Shown: positions 1-11,647, numbered from the whole stretch's first letter. The stretch: 63,765 nt of DNA, filler included, from Octopus bimaculoides (GCF_001194135.2; 6 parts of 5 records of this genome joined end to end with filler, not necessarily neighbours in it); one strand, 5' to 3'. Made by a program: numbers and translations. The notes: generated from the sequence alone by a model not told the origin.

Positions 1-65
<65 letters not shown>
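1..65. repeat. (TTA)n microsatellite at the 3' junction of the Dong/R4-like element
   Basis: Pure trinucleotide run. Confidence 0.95.
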
Positions 66-68
<3 letters not shown>

Positions 69-732
69 GAGAACTCACAGCTTATCTTGCTGGGTATGAT
101 GGCAAGTGTCGGCTGTCCACAGCCAGCAGACTGAGGTGACACTTGTTTACTGGTCATGCTTCAAGAACCCTGCCAAGAATTCTTGCAGTTCCAAGCAATT
201 CTGATTTTTGTAGATGTTCTACCTTCACACTTGCACCGATCTTTTTTCAGACATGTTGGTAGATGAGTGCTGATACTTCCAAGTCCACCAATTACTATTG
301 GTATCACATCTACTCTCTTCATTGACCACAACTTTCGTATTTCCCATTTCAAATCGTCATAGCTGTTTATTTTTTCTTCCCTTTTTCACATTGATCCTGT
401 TGTCACCGAGGCATGCTATGTCGTTTATCATACATGTTCTTTCTTTTTTATTCACCACAGCAATGTCCAATTTCCGATGTCTGGTTCGGGGATCGCACTG
501 GATCATTACACCCCACAAGATTTTTACAATTCTCATTCTCGGTGAGACCTTCTGGTGTTTGTTCATACCACGTCTTTGCACTTTGTGGGCCGTGATTTCC
601 ACAGCTCACAATGGATCATTCTTGCCACATTGTCATAATGTCTTTTGTATTCGGGTTGTGCCAATTTCGGGCATTCGCCAACGATGTGCCATACCGTTTT
701 ACCCCTCTCACCACACTTTCTGCGTTTGTCGC

Positions 733-733
<1 letters not shown>
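66..733 (-). mobile_element. 5'-truncated, frameshifted Dong/R4-clade non-LTR retrotransposon 3' end (CCHC knuckle, restriction-like endonuclease, 3' UTR)
   Basis: Minus-strand pieces RRKCGERGKTVWHIVGECPKLAQPEYKRHYDNVARMIHCEL (CCHC), RHRKLDIAVVNKKERTCMINDIAC (PD-(D/E)xK-like) and KWEIRKLWSMKRVDVIPIVIGGLG; flanked by TAA/TTA repeats, the known Dong target. Confidence 0.85.
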
Positions 734-777
<44 letters not shown>

Positions 778-800
778 TATTATTATTATTATTAATAATA
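734..800. repeat. (TAA)n run followed by (TTA)n run (self-complementary microsatellite)
   Basis: ataataa...taat switches to tattattatt at about 778. Confidence 0.9.
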
Positions 801-1110
801 TTTTTATCGGACTGCATTATCTAATGTTTCCATCCCCTTTAAAGAATATAGTCGCGATTTTAGAGAGATTTAATTGCTAATTCTAGAAGTCAATGGGAGA
901 ACTGAAGTCGAGGAGGTTTACGGAATGCAATAGGAAAGTGAGTGAAGTATGAGGTGAAGTGTGAGGAAGTAAAGTGTAAGCAAAGGACAGAGGGTGGCAA
1001 GACGACACATACATTAAAGAGTGCATCTGACCTCAACTAATCTCAACTGGCCTCCATTGTTAACCAGTTTATATTGATGTAAAAGGTACTTTTGAATTAC
1101 CAAGACTAAA

Positions 1111-2010
1111 TGTTTCAAATTTTGGCACAAAGCCAGCAATTATAAAGAGAGGGTTTTGGTCGACAAGGAACGTGGCCTATATCTTAGGATGATGTACTCA
1201 CAATTGCAAGACCGTAAAATTGATTCTATTTTGAGGGAAGGAGAAAGCCAATTACATGGATTTCAGTGCTGAACTCGTACTTATTTTATCGACCCCGAAA
1301 GGATGAATGGTAAAGTTGATCTCGATGGCATTCAAACGTACAATATAAAGAGACAGAAGAAATACCGTTAAGCATTTTGCTTGGCGTTCTAACGGTTATG
1401 CTGGTTCACTGCCTTAATGGGTTTCAAATTTTGGCACAAGACCAGCAATTTCAGGAGAGGGGTTAAGTTGATTACATCGATCCCAGTGCTCAGCTGGTAT
1501 GCATTTTATCGACCCCGAAAAATAAAAATGAAAGGAAATTCGATCCCGGCGGAATTTGAACTCAGAACGTAAAGACGAACGAAATGCCGCTAAGTATCTT
1601 GTCCGGCGTGCTAACGTTTCTGCCAGCTCGCTGCCTTTCGCTGCCTTAGTAATCCTTTCTACTTAAGGCACAAGGCCTGAAACTTTAGTGGAGGGGTATA
1701 GTCGATTACATCGACCCCAGTACGCAACTGGTACTTAATTTATCGACCATGAAAGGATGAAGGCCAAAGTCGATCCTGGGCGGAATTTGAACTTAGAACG
1801 TAAGGACGGGACGAAATGCCGCTAAGTATTTTGCATGGGGTGCTAACGCTTCTTATTTCTTATTTATTCTATTTATCGACCCCGAAAGGATGAAAGGCAA
1901 AGTCGACCTCGGCGGAATTTGAACTCAGAACGTAACGGCAGACGAAATACCGCTAAGCATTTTGCCCGGCGTGCTAACGTTTCTGCCAGCTCACCACCTT
2001 TCGCCGCCTT
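1111..2010 (-). mobile_element. Head-to-tail cluster of about five tRNA-derived SINE family A copies or fragments
   Basis: Repeated block ttatcgaccccgaaaggatgaaaggcaaagtcgacctcggcggaatttgaactcagaacgt at about 1287, 1505, 1740 and 1873, plus a tail fragment at 1111; B-box-like gagttcaaattcc on the minus strand. Confidence 0.9.
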
Positions 2011-2419
2011 AATAATGCCGATTATAATAATGATGATACTAATGAGAATCCTAATAATGCTTGAACAAAACACTTCGTTTCACATTGCGCAGCAGTCAAA
2101 CATCAACCTTGCGATGGACTTGCATCCGGTTCAGAGGGAATGCTGGGATCGCGATCACTTATAAGTGCTTCTGATTCCTGGGGCTGGAGACAGTTATAAC
2201 CAGGGAGTGAGTGTAATGTCAGTCGATTAAATCGTCCCCAGTAATTCAATGGTACTTTATTTTATGAAACCCCGGAGGGAAGGCAGGCAAAAGCTATCTG
2301 CAGCGAAAAACCATTACAATGATAGCTATTTCGTATGTCTTTTCTCTTTTTTTCTTTTTTAGCAGTGTATCTAGGATTGCATTACTGGACATATTAATTC
2401 TTCAATATTTATGACTTGT

Positions 2420-2644
2420 AAGGCGACGAGCTGGCAGAATCGTTAGCACGCCGGACGAAATGCTTGGCGGTATTCCGTCTGCCGTTACGTTCTGAGTTCT
2501 AATTCCGCCAAGGTCGATTTTGCCTTTTATCCTTTCGGGGTCGATAAATTAAGTACCAGTTGCGTACTAGGGCCGATCTAATCGACTGGCCCTCTCCCAC
2601 AAAATTTCGGCGGGAGTGGGGGCCTTATGCCTAGAGTAGAAAAG
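2420..2644 (+). mobile_element. Full-length SINE family A copy with 12-bp target-site duplication
   Basis: tRNA-like head ggcgacgagctggcagaatcgttagc...gagttctaattcc; AATATTTATGAC at 2404-2415 and 2645-2656. Confidence 0.92.
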
Positions 2645-3182
2645 AATATTTATGACGTGCAGGTACACCATATTTCGTTATGCAACCATCATATACTACA
2701 AAGTATATTGAACGTGTTTATAAGTTAATTCCCTGTTCTACTGTGTTAGCAGTGCTCTTACATTATTTCTTAAGATTATCTCTACAGATTTCCTGTAGAA
2801 ATTATAACCAGCACTGATTTTGTTACGATGTTTNNNNNNNNNNNNNNNNNNNNNNNNNNNNNNNNNNNNNNNNNNNNNNNNNNNNNNNNNNNNNNNNNNN
2901 NNNNNNNNNNNNNNNNNNNNNNNNNNNNNNNNNNNNNNNNNNNNNNNNNNNNNNNNNNNNNNNNNNNNNNNNNNNNNNNNNNNNNNNNNNNNNNNNNNNN
3001 NNNNNNNNNNNNNNNNNNNNNNNNNNNNNNNNNNNNNNNNNNNNNNNNNNNNNNNNNNNNNNNNNNNNNNNNNNNNNNNNNNNNNNNNNNNNNNNNNNNN
3101 NNNNNNNNNNNNNNNNNNNNNNNNNNNNNNNNNNNNNNNNNNNNNNNNNNNNNNNNNNNNNNNNNNNNNNNNNNNNNNNNNN

Positions 3183-3476
3183 TTTATTAAGCGAAAACAC
3201 CTAAAAGCTCCACGAGGCTCCGGCAGGGGATGGTGGTGAGCCCTGCTGTACTCTTTCACCACAACTTTCTCTTACTTCCTGTTTCTGTTGTGGCTGTAAT
3301 TCAAAGGGTCAGCCTTGTCACACTGTGTCACGCTGAATATCCTCGAGAACTACGTTAAGGGTACACGTGCCTGTGGAGTGCTCAGCCGCTTGCACGAGCA
3401 GGCTGTTCCGTTGATCAGATCAACTGGAACCCTCGTCGTCGTAACCGACGGAGTGCCAACAACAATGAGGAACTCC
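3183..3476 (+). mobile_element. Retroposon 3' end sharing its last about 170 bp with the CORE-like SINE at 11325-11647
   Basis: gtcacactgtgtcacgctga...gagaactacgtt...ccctcgtcgtcgtaaccgacgga matches the reverse complement of about 11330-11500; the upstream part differs. Confidence 0.7.
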
Positions 3477-3479
3477 ACT

Positions 3480-3623
3480 TTTTTTTTATTTTTGTCAAAA
3501 ATTATGTTAAAAAATATGGGAGTTTCTTATACACGGATAATATTATAATTCCTTACAAAACCTTTTTTCAAAATTTTAAGCCCCCAAAATTAGGGGATGC
3601 CTTATACACATTAAGATACGGTA
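3480..3623. mobile_element. Right end of a Tc2/pogo-like MITE
   Basis: Ends ...ccttatacacattaagatacggTA, the same terminus type as the MITE at 12203-12625. Confidence 0.5.
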
Positions 3624-4247
3624 TACATATATCTTATAATAATATTGTGGTCTATTTCTAGAATTAAGGGGAATCATCGAGCTCCTTTTTATTTTTCTGT
3701 AGTGGGGGTCAGAGTTGGTTTTTGGTTTAATGTAGAGTAGGTAACAATGTGGTATGCGTTTTTTATTTTTTTAGACACTAGCGTGTAGAATGGGGATTTG
3801 GCTGCTATTTCTTGTAGACCGGACGACCAGATAGAGATTGTCTCATTGACTCAAAATATTCTGGTGGCGGTTTGTGTGAGTGCCTGGTAAGGTTACTTAA
3901 ATGTTAACACAGACGTTTAAACCTCACACAGATGCCGTGACCTTCAATGAAGCATGCTTTATGATATAATTAAGCGTAACAAAAAGAAAAAGAAAAACGA
4001 CGAAGTGCGGAAAAAAGACCCCCTTAAAATATAAAAACAAAACTAAGCACATTAAACACACAAACGCGCGCACACGCGCACACACAGACTGACAAACACG
4101 CACGCACACACGAAATAACGAATTAACAAGAAACGGCAAGTCAAGCCTAAGAGATGTGCAATGGTAAAAATTAAGTGGTAGGTACTACTTCAAAGCAGCA
4201 ATTATGTATACATACATATATACATACATGCATACATACATACATAC

Positions 4248-4297
<50 letters not shown>

Positions 4298-4430
4298 NNN
4301 NNNNNNNNNNNNNNNNNNNNNNNNNNNNNNNNNNNNNNNNNNNNNNNNNNNNNNNNNNNNNNNNNNNNNNNNNNNNNNNNNNNNNNNNNNNNNNNNNNNN
4401 NNNNNNNNNNNNNNNNNNNNNNNNNNNNNN

Positions 4431-4493
4431 NAACACACCAGCATCGGTTGTCAAGCGATGTTGGGGGGGGACAAACACAGACACACACACACA

Positions 4494-4571
<78 letters not shown>

Positions 4572-4697
4572 TATATACGACGGGCTTCTTTCAGTTTCTG
4601 TCTACGAAATCCATTCACAAGGCTTTGGTCGGCCCGAGGCTCTAGTAGAAGACACATGTGGTTGGTAAGCAAGCTACTTACCACATATCCGCTCCTG
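4431..4697 (-). mobile_element. SINE family B (tRNA head, CORE-like block, internal microsatellite, 3' module), partly in gap
   Basis: Reverse complement of the blocks seen at 23247-23569. Confidence 0.85.
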
Positions 4698-4703
4698 CAC
4701 CTA

Positions 4704-4749
<46 letters not shown>

Positions 4750-6822
4750 TATATATAGTTATAATTTTTTACGAAAGAGCCCCAGAAACGATCGTCGGAA
4801 AACCCTATTTCATTTAACATGTAACCCCAAACTCTTTTTAATGCCTTACTAACTCCTATTTTAAAATATTTTAAAAACGTTTTTTTATCTATGTTCCACT
4901 ATTTTATCTATATATTCTATTGTTCGTACGTTTATATCTCTATATGCCTATATGTCCATGTATATTTTTAATAGTCATATATTTTCGTATCTGCAATATA
5001 TCAATATATGTTTCGGTTTGGACAATTCTCATTTTACCCTTAACTAAGCCCGTATATGTATGTGTTAATCCTAGTCTGCCTGATTTGAACTTTTTCCATT
5101 CTAGATCGCTAGCCACTACACATTCTCTCCTTGTTTCTTTCTGTGTTCCTTTCTTTGGAAGAGCGTAGGCTCGAAACGTTAAAGACTTTTTCACTTCCCG
5201 ATCGTTAAACTAATACATCTGTTTGTTGTCTACACCACCTGTCTTCGTCTGTTTTTTTTGTGAATTCTCCCATATATATATATATATGAAATTGTTAATT
5301 ATTAATTCTATTATTAATTGACGATTCCCTGCCCTTATTCTTGTATATTTTATATTTGATACCTCTAAGTTGGGTGGCTAAACCGTAATCCCTTCACACG
5401 GGACTTTTTTCATACGGGACTATTTGTGACGCACATGGAATAGATTTCTTTGAGATGGGATGCCTGAACTCACTAACCGATGAATTCGTAAGTGCCTTTC
5501 TTATCGTTGATTTTTGGTGTCGCATGGCCAAAAATTACCGTGAATTTTTTTAGAGACACTTTCAAATNNNNNNNNNNNNNNNNNNNNNNNNNNNNNNNNN
5601 NNNNNNNNNNNNNNNNNNNNNNNNNNNNNNNNNNNNNNNNNNNNNNNNNNNNNNNNNNNNNNNNNNNNNNNNNNNNNNNNNNNNNNNNNNNNNNNNNNNN
5701 NNNNNNNNNNNNNNNNNNNNNNNNNNNNNNNNNNNNNNNNNNNNNNNNNNNNNNNNNNNNNNNNNNNNNNNNNNNNNNNNNNNNNNNNNNNNNNNNNNNN
5801 NNNNNNNNNNNNNNNNNNNNNNNNNNNNNNNNNNNNNNNNNNNNNNNNNNNNNNNNNNNNNNNNNNNNNNNNNNNNNNNNNNNNNNNNNNNNNNNNNNNN
5901 NNNNNNNNNNNNNNNNNNNNNNNNNNNNNNNNNNNNNNNNNNNNNNNNNNNNNNNNNNNNNNNNNNNNNNNNNNNNNNNNNNNNNNNNNNNNNNNNNNNN
6001 NNNNNNNNNNNNNNNNNNNNNNNNNNNNNNNNNNNNNNNNNNNNNNNNNNNNNNNNNNNNNNNNNNNNNNNNNNNNNNNNNNNNNNNNNNNNNNNNNNNN
6101 NNNNNNNNNNNNNNNNNNNNNNNNNNNNNNNNNNATATATATATATATATATATACAGAGAGAGAGAGAGAGACAGAGAATGTATATATGTGCGTACATA
6201 CATGCGCATACACACACACACACCTATGCATACACGTAACAGAAGAAGTTGTGTAAGAGACGAATTTCTTTTTCGTTCTTGCAGAAGTAATCTGAAACGT
6301 ACGTATTGAATGTGCTCACAATATCAATATTTTGGTAGACTTTTTAATTACTACATACACACATACGCACACACGTGTGTGCATACGTACATACAAACAC
6401 ACACATATAAATATACGTATATTGTGTATTAGACGTGTGTATGTGTGTGTGTGTGTGTGCAATAAATATAGGCATAGTAATGAACAAGGTATAGAATGTG
6501 TGTGATTAACTTTTCTTCTTGTCTTAATTAGTCATGGCTGGAAGGACAATATTAGTGATTTCTGCATCATTTTTTATCCCTGATTGCTGAAATTTATGTG
6601 ATTAATGTTCAACCTCAATGGTTTTTTTTTTGTTTGCTTGTTCTTGTTTTTTTTTTTTTGTGTCAATCACATCTGATGGAAAGACACGAGTGAAGAGAAA
6701 AGTCTGAGAAGGTGTAATTTGTGGAGAAGAATACTGGTACGGAATCTGGGGTGTGAGACATAACAGAAATTATGTGAACAAGAAGGTGATCTTTCGGAGA
6801 AAGTATATCAAAAGTGAAAGTA

Positions 6823-7059
6823 CAGGGTGCGGCAGAAAGGTTGCCTCGGTTTCAAAGGTTAATAAAAGACAAACACATGAAGATGCATGAAAAAACTTTG
6901 TATTTCTATGAAATTCATTAAATGCCATTTTGTTTGTTTTCTGTTTTAGATGGTACCTACTATGGCCTGGAGTGGAGAGTATCGTTTTTTTCTTGTACCT
7001 TTATGTGTTTGTTTTTTTATTAACCTTTGAAATCGGGGCAACCTTTCCACTGTACCCTG
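6823..7059. mobile_element. 237-bp Tc1/mariner-type MITE
   Basis: About 36-bp imperfect TIRs (cagggtgcggcagaaaggttgcctcggtttcaaagg / cctttgaaatcggggcaacctttccactgtaccctg); TA on both flanks. Confidence 0.85.
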
Positions 7060-7412
7060 TATTTGTTCGGTGATTTCCGTAAACATTTAAAAAAAATTTC
7101 TTTAACCTTTTTTTTTCAGCTGAATCGCTGTTGTTTATGTATTTTTGTGTCTAGACTTTTGTGTTTAGGTCAGATCGAGATGATCGCTATAAAGAAAACA
7201 TTTCGTAGTGCTCAAATAATTTAAACTTACACTCCATAATCTTTACCGGGGACGAAGTCAGCGGGGTAAAGAATGGCTATAAAGAGAATCCAAGAGATCA
7301 GATAAGGGGACAATTATGCAAATAAACAGATAAAACTTCTTGGGTTCGATACACAGAATATACATACATACATTCATACATACATACAAGCATGCATACA
7401 TACATACATGCA

Positions 7413-7448
<36 letters not shown>

Positions 7449-7914
7449 TACATATATGTGTGTGCGTATGTGTGTGTGTGCGTGTGTGTGTGTGTGTATG
7501 CATGTGAATAAAGAAAAAGCAGACTGAAAGATTTTCAGATGTCTGACATTCAAGTATATATACTGAGTCATACCGCAAATAATGATAAACAAAGTTCTTT
7601 TTTAATCTAAATTATATTCTCCTTCATTTTCTACAATGTTCTTCCAAGCTTCGGTCACAACGCCGGTGGATTTAATTCCTCAGTGTCTTTTAACACAAAA
7701 GTCTCTTTAAGAAGTTTCTGTGAGTCAAAAATCAACAGCTACTGTTGTTCTACCTTTGTATATGCATTATAAATGTGTGTATGTATCGTTATTTTAATCT
7801 AAGCCTGTTTCATTTGCGTAAATTAATTTAATTCTTGCCTGGCTAGCGTTTACACAAATCAGTAAATGTCTTTTTCATCAATTTGTGTTCTAGAACAACC
7901 ATTTTTCAATTTAA

Positions 7915-7996
7915 CTCAGAACGTCCGTGGTATTCATCACTGAGGTGACGAAATCAGATCGAAACATTGTGTCTGGTGATCCACCGACGTTCTGAG
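7915..7996 (+). ncRNA. Near-canonical type I hammerhead ribozyme motif with long stem I
   Basis: TCATCA-CTGAGGT-GA(loop)TC-GAAA-CA(TTG)TG-TC-TGGTGA; GUC site at 7971-7973; stem I continues with ctcagaacgtccgtgg/ccaccgacgttctgag (15 of 16 paired); A9 is T. Confidence 0.65.
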
Positions 7997-8103
7997 CAAA
8001 GCTCTCCTTTAGCACATATGACTCTTTGAGAAGTATTACAGCTGGTGCTGTCCCTAGTTTACATACACATTATAAATGTGTATAAGCAAGGCATGATAAA
8101 ATT

Positions 8104-8288
8104 GATTTCAAAATTTGGCACTAGGCCAGGAATTTCGAGAGAGGCGGGGTTAATCCATAACATTGACCCCGCCCCGTGTTAAACAGGTACTTTCTAAATC
8201 GACCCCCAAAAGATGAAAGGCAATGTCAAGTCGGGAAAAGGCTAAGCATTTTGTCCGGCGTGCCAACAATTTTGCCAGATCGTCGCAA
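8104..8288 (-). mobile_element. Diverged SINE family A copy
   Basis: tttcaaaatttggcactaggccag...atcgacccccaaaagatgaaaggc...ggcgtgccaac. Confidence 0.8.
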
Positions 8289-9034
8289 AGCATAATAATT
8301 TTATAAGGTATAATAAGTTATGATTGTTCTATTTTCCACAATAAAATAACTTCATGCTACAAGGAGAATAAAATATGATTGCTAATATCTACTACAGTAA
8401 TGTTATTTCGTATTACAGTGATAATAAAATAATGATCGCAGCAACATATCCACAGCTTTACAATGAAAATAACACAAAAATAGTTGTATTTTGATAACCA
8501 AAAAAATCTACCTTCATACCACAGAGAAAACAAGCCATGATTGCTGTATTTACTCCCAAAAGCGTTAACTTCACACAACAACGAGAATATGATGCGATTG
8601 CCGTATTTACCAACAATAACACAAGTTTGCATAGCAATGATCGTAATATTTGCTGTATTAAAACAACTTCCTGCAACAATCGATAGCTTATTAGTTTTAT
8701 TTAAAAAAAAAAGCAATCAATAAAATAAATCCAATATCGAACTTCAACACTTTGGATTCTCATCAGAAATCCATTTTGCAAGAACTTCAACAAAACAAAG
8801 AGAGTAGAATAAACAGACAATTTTATCGATTTCCTCCTAAACTTCTGTTACACACGTTTATAATCTTCAAGTGAAGTGACTTGTCACAGACAGCGAGAAT
8901 TTATTCGAGATATGAATGAATATTGTTGCTGTTGTGTTGCTTTGTTCTGCGTTTGTTAGAATAGTCAAAGGAATGTTTAATTAAATAAATTCGTTATTTT
9001 TTATTTTTTTATTTTCCATTTTGATTTTAGATAA

Positions 9035-9316
9035 TTATTTGAAAAACAGTTTACTTAACTCTTCCTTGCTCTCTTTATCAAAATGATATGTATTTAGATC
9101 TTTAGTTCGTTGAAGCTGATACGGATGATGTTCAATTTGTTTATAGCAAGTCTGGCGGGTTGGCAATAGATTCTGAGTGAGTTGCTTTAACCATAGAACT
9201 TCCTCAACGGATCGACGTCCTTTAATTAACTTGTTCACTTCTCTTTCATCTTCAATCAAGATCAATACAAAGCAGCAGTTACCAAAACTTTTACCGTCAC
9301 GACGTGTTTTGGCAAA
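9035..9316 (-). CDS. Candidate coding exon of unknown product
   Basis: 93-codon stop-free frame of complex, non-repetitive composition; no family recognised and no clear splice sites. Confidence 0.2.
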   Translation of the reverse strand, partial: FAKTRRDGKSFGNCCFVLILIEDEREVNKLIKGRRSVEEVLWLKQLTQNLLPTRQTCYKQIEHHPYQLQRTKDLNTYHFDKESKEELSKLFFK

Positions 9317-9964
9317 TCAATAATTACCCGCGAACTTTCACTTTAAAAACAAAATAATATATTATATATATATATATATTTAAAGGATACAATACATGTT
9401 TTTAAGTGCTACTAACAATTTTATATGTACGTTTTTGTTGAATTTTCTATCACGGAAAAGTACATTATATATATATATATATTTAAAGGATACAATACAT
9501 GTTTTTAAGTGCTACTAACAATTTTATATGTACGTTTTTGTTGNNNNNNNNNNNNNNNNNNNNNNNNNNNNNNNNNNNNNNNNNNNNNNNNNNNNNNNNN
9601 NNNNNNNNNNNNNNNNNNNNNNNNNNNNNNNNNNNNNNNNNNNNNNNNNNNNNNNNNNNNNNNNNNNNNNNNNNNNNNNNNNNNNNNNNNNNNNNNNNNN
9701 NNNNNNNNNNNNNNNNNNNNNNNNNNNNNNNNNNNNNNNNNNNNNNNNNNNNNNNNNNNNNNNNNNNNNNNNNNNNNNNNNNNNNNNNNNNNNNNNNNNN
9801 NNNNNNNNNNNNNNNNNNNNNNNNNNNNNNNNNNNNNNNNNNNNNNNNNNNNNNNNNNNNNNNNNNNNNNNNNNNNNNNNNNNNNNNNNNNNNNNNNNNN
9901 NNNNNNNNNNNNNNNNNNNNNNNNNNNNNNNNNNNNNNNNNNNNNNNNNNNNNNNNNNNNNNNN

Positions 9965-10001
<37 letters not shown>

Positions 10002-10214
10002 CATACAGGCCACATTGAATAACTGTCGTCTAATATTCGTATTTGAGTTTCCGGCGCGAATACCAAGCAGTACAACATGTCGTGTGTGTGTGTGTATATA
10101 TATATATCATGAGATTATTGAGTATAATGCTCAGGTGTACAACTCATCAAAGATGCATGTACAGTACATAGAATTATGTACAAAAGTCAGGAAATTGAAC
10201 AGTGTATATGAGTC

Positions 10215-10500
10215 ATAATATACATGTGTGCAGGTTTAGTGTGGTTGAATTTCAGGAAGCATGGAGGTTTTAAAGGATGCAATGTCTCGGCAACTAACAA
10301 CTGATGCTGGTAGTTTATTCCATGCTTCAGCGACTCTGAGTGTGAAAAAATGTTTCCGAAAGTCATGATAGCTGTGCTGCTTTCTGACTTTGGAGACATG
10401 CTCACGTGTCTCAGAATCATTGATCCCAAAAAGGTGCTCAAGGTGGTTGTTGGAATAAAAATAAAGATTCTTCGTGCTATTGAATACATGTACAAACATC
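10215..10500 (-). mobile_element. CR1-group LINE ORF2 C-terminus
   Basis: LEHLFGINDSETREHVSKVRKQHSYHDFRKHFFTLRVAEAWNKLPASVVSCRDIASFK, the typical RKxFFxxRVxxxWNxLP...FK ending. Confidence 0.85.
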
Positions 10501-10539
10501 AACTCAAAGAATACTGGTGGGACATTCCCATTAAAACAT

Positions 10540-10835
10540 CTTTCAAGCGTAAATATAACATACATACATACATGCATGCATACATACATACATACATACC
10601 TACATACATGCATTCATAATACATACATATATACATACATACATTCATAATACATACATACATGCATGCATACATACATAATACATACATGCATACATAC
10701 ATACATACATTCATGATACATACATACATACATAATACATACATGCATACATGCATACATACATTCATAATACACACACACATACATACATACATACATA
10801 CATACATACATACATACATACACTCACACATACAT
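10540..10835. repeat. Compound (CATA)n microsatellite with recurring cattcataata interruptions
   Basis: Seen directly. Confidence 0.9.
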
Positions 10836-11324
10836 GATTGCCTCATCTTGTCAGATGACAGCCATCTCACATTCAGATATGACTAGTGACATACCTGTAC
10901 GTCATTAGATTTTATATGACAAAAGTTTCTACATCACTTTTGCCACTTTCTCGGTCGCCAAAGAAGGTTCCGGATAAAAGCATTGCGAGATGACTGCTAC
11001 TATTTTCACTACAAGTTTTCTGTCTTTTTCCTAAAAGAGCTGCCTTCCTCACGGCTTCGTCAAAAACAACGGAGGCCTCTTCTACTCCTTTGAAATCTGT
11101 TTAACATTCAGACGAGATCCTGACAGGTACTACTGTTTCGGGTCAGAACAGAATTTGGATTAATGGTAATTTGGAGGCGACCCAACTTTCCTAATAACTC
11201 CAGAACTCCCAAACTCGTGCCTCAGAACCGGATGCAGTTTAATGTCATACCAAGAACATACATACACACATACATACATACATACATACATACATACATA
11301 CATACATACATACATACATAAACG

Positions 11325-11647
11325 GAGCAGTCCGTCGGTTACGATGACGAGGGTCCCAGCTGATACGATCAACAGAACACCCTGCTCATGAGATTAACGT
11401 GCAAGTGACTGAGCAATCCAGAGACACGTGTACCTCCAACGTAGTTCTCAGGGAGACTCAGCGTGACACATAGCGTGACAAAGCCGGCCCTTTGAAATAC
11501 AGGTCCTACTCATTTTTGCCAGCTGAGTGAACTGGAGCAACGTGAAATAAAGTGTCTTGCTCAAGGACACAACGCGACGCCGGGAACCGAACTCACGACC
11601 TTACGATCGTGAGACGAATGCCCTAACCACTAAGCCAGCGCCTTCAC
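11325..11647 (-). mobile_element. Full-length CORE-like tRNA-derived SINE (family C) with (TATG)n tail
   Basis: Minus strand: ggcttagtggttagggc (A box), gagttcggttccc (B box), gttgtgtccttgagcaagacactt (CORE-like); tail at about 11260-11320. Confidence 0.85.

Noticed and set aside
4765-4806. GAAACGATCGTC, a hammerhead-like 3' half
   Set aside because: 5' core reads acgaaaga; too degraded to call.
8720-8770. Minus-strand CTGATGAGAATCCAA shared with the repeats at 61854 and 62147
   Set aside because: A stem II can form but no GAAA or stem III follows.
9362-9543. Identical about 78-bp direct repeat just before a gap
   Set aside because: Exact copy ending at the contig edge and starting in (AT)n; most likely a misassembly.
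11560-11647. tRNA-like sequence (also other SINE heads)
   Set aside because: A and B boxes run into SINE bodies with no acceptor-stem closure.
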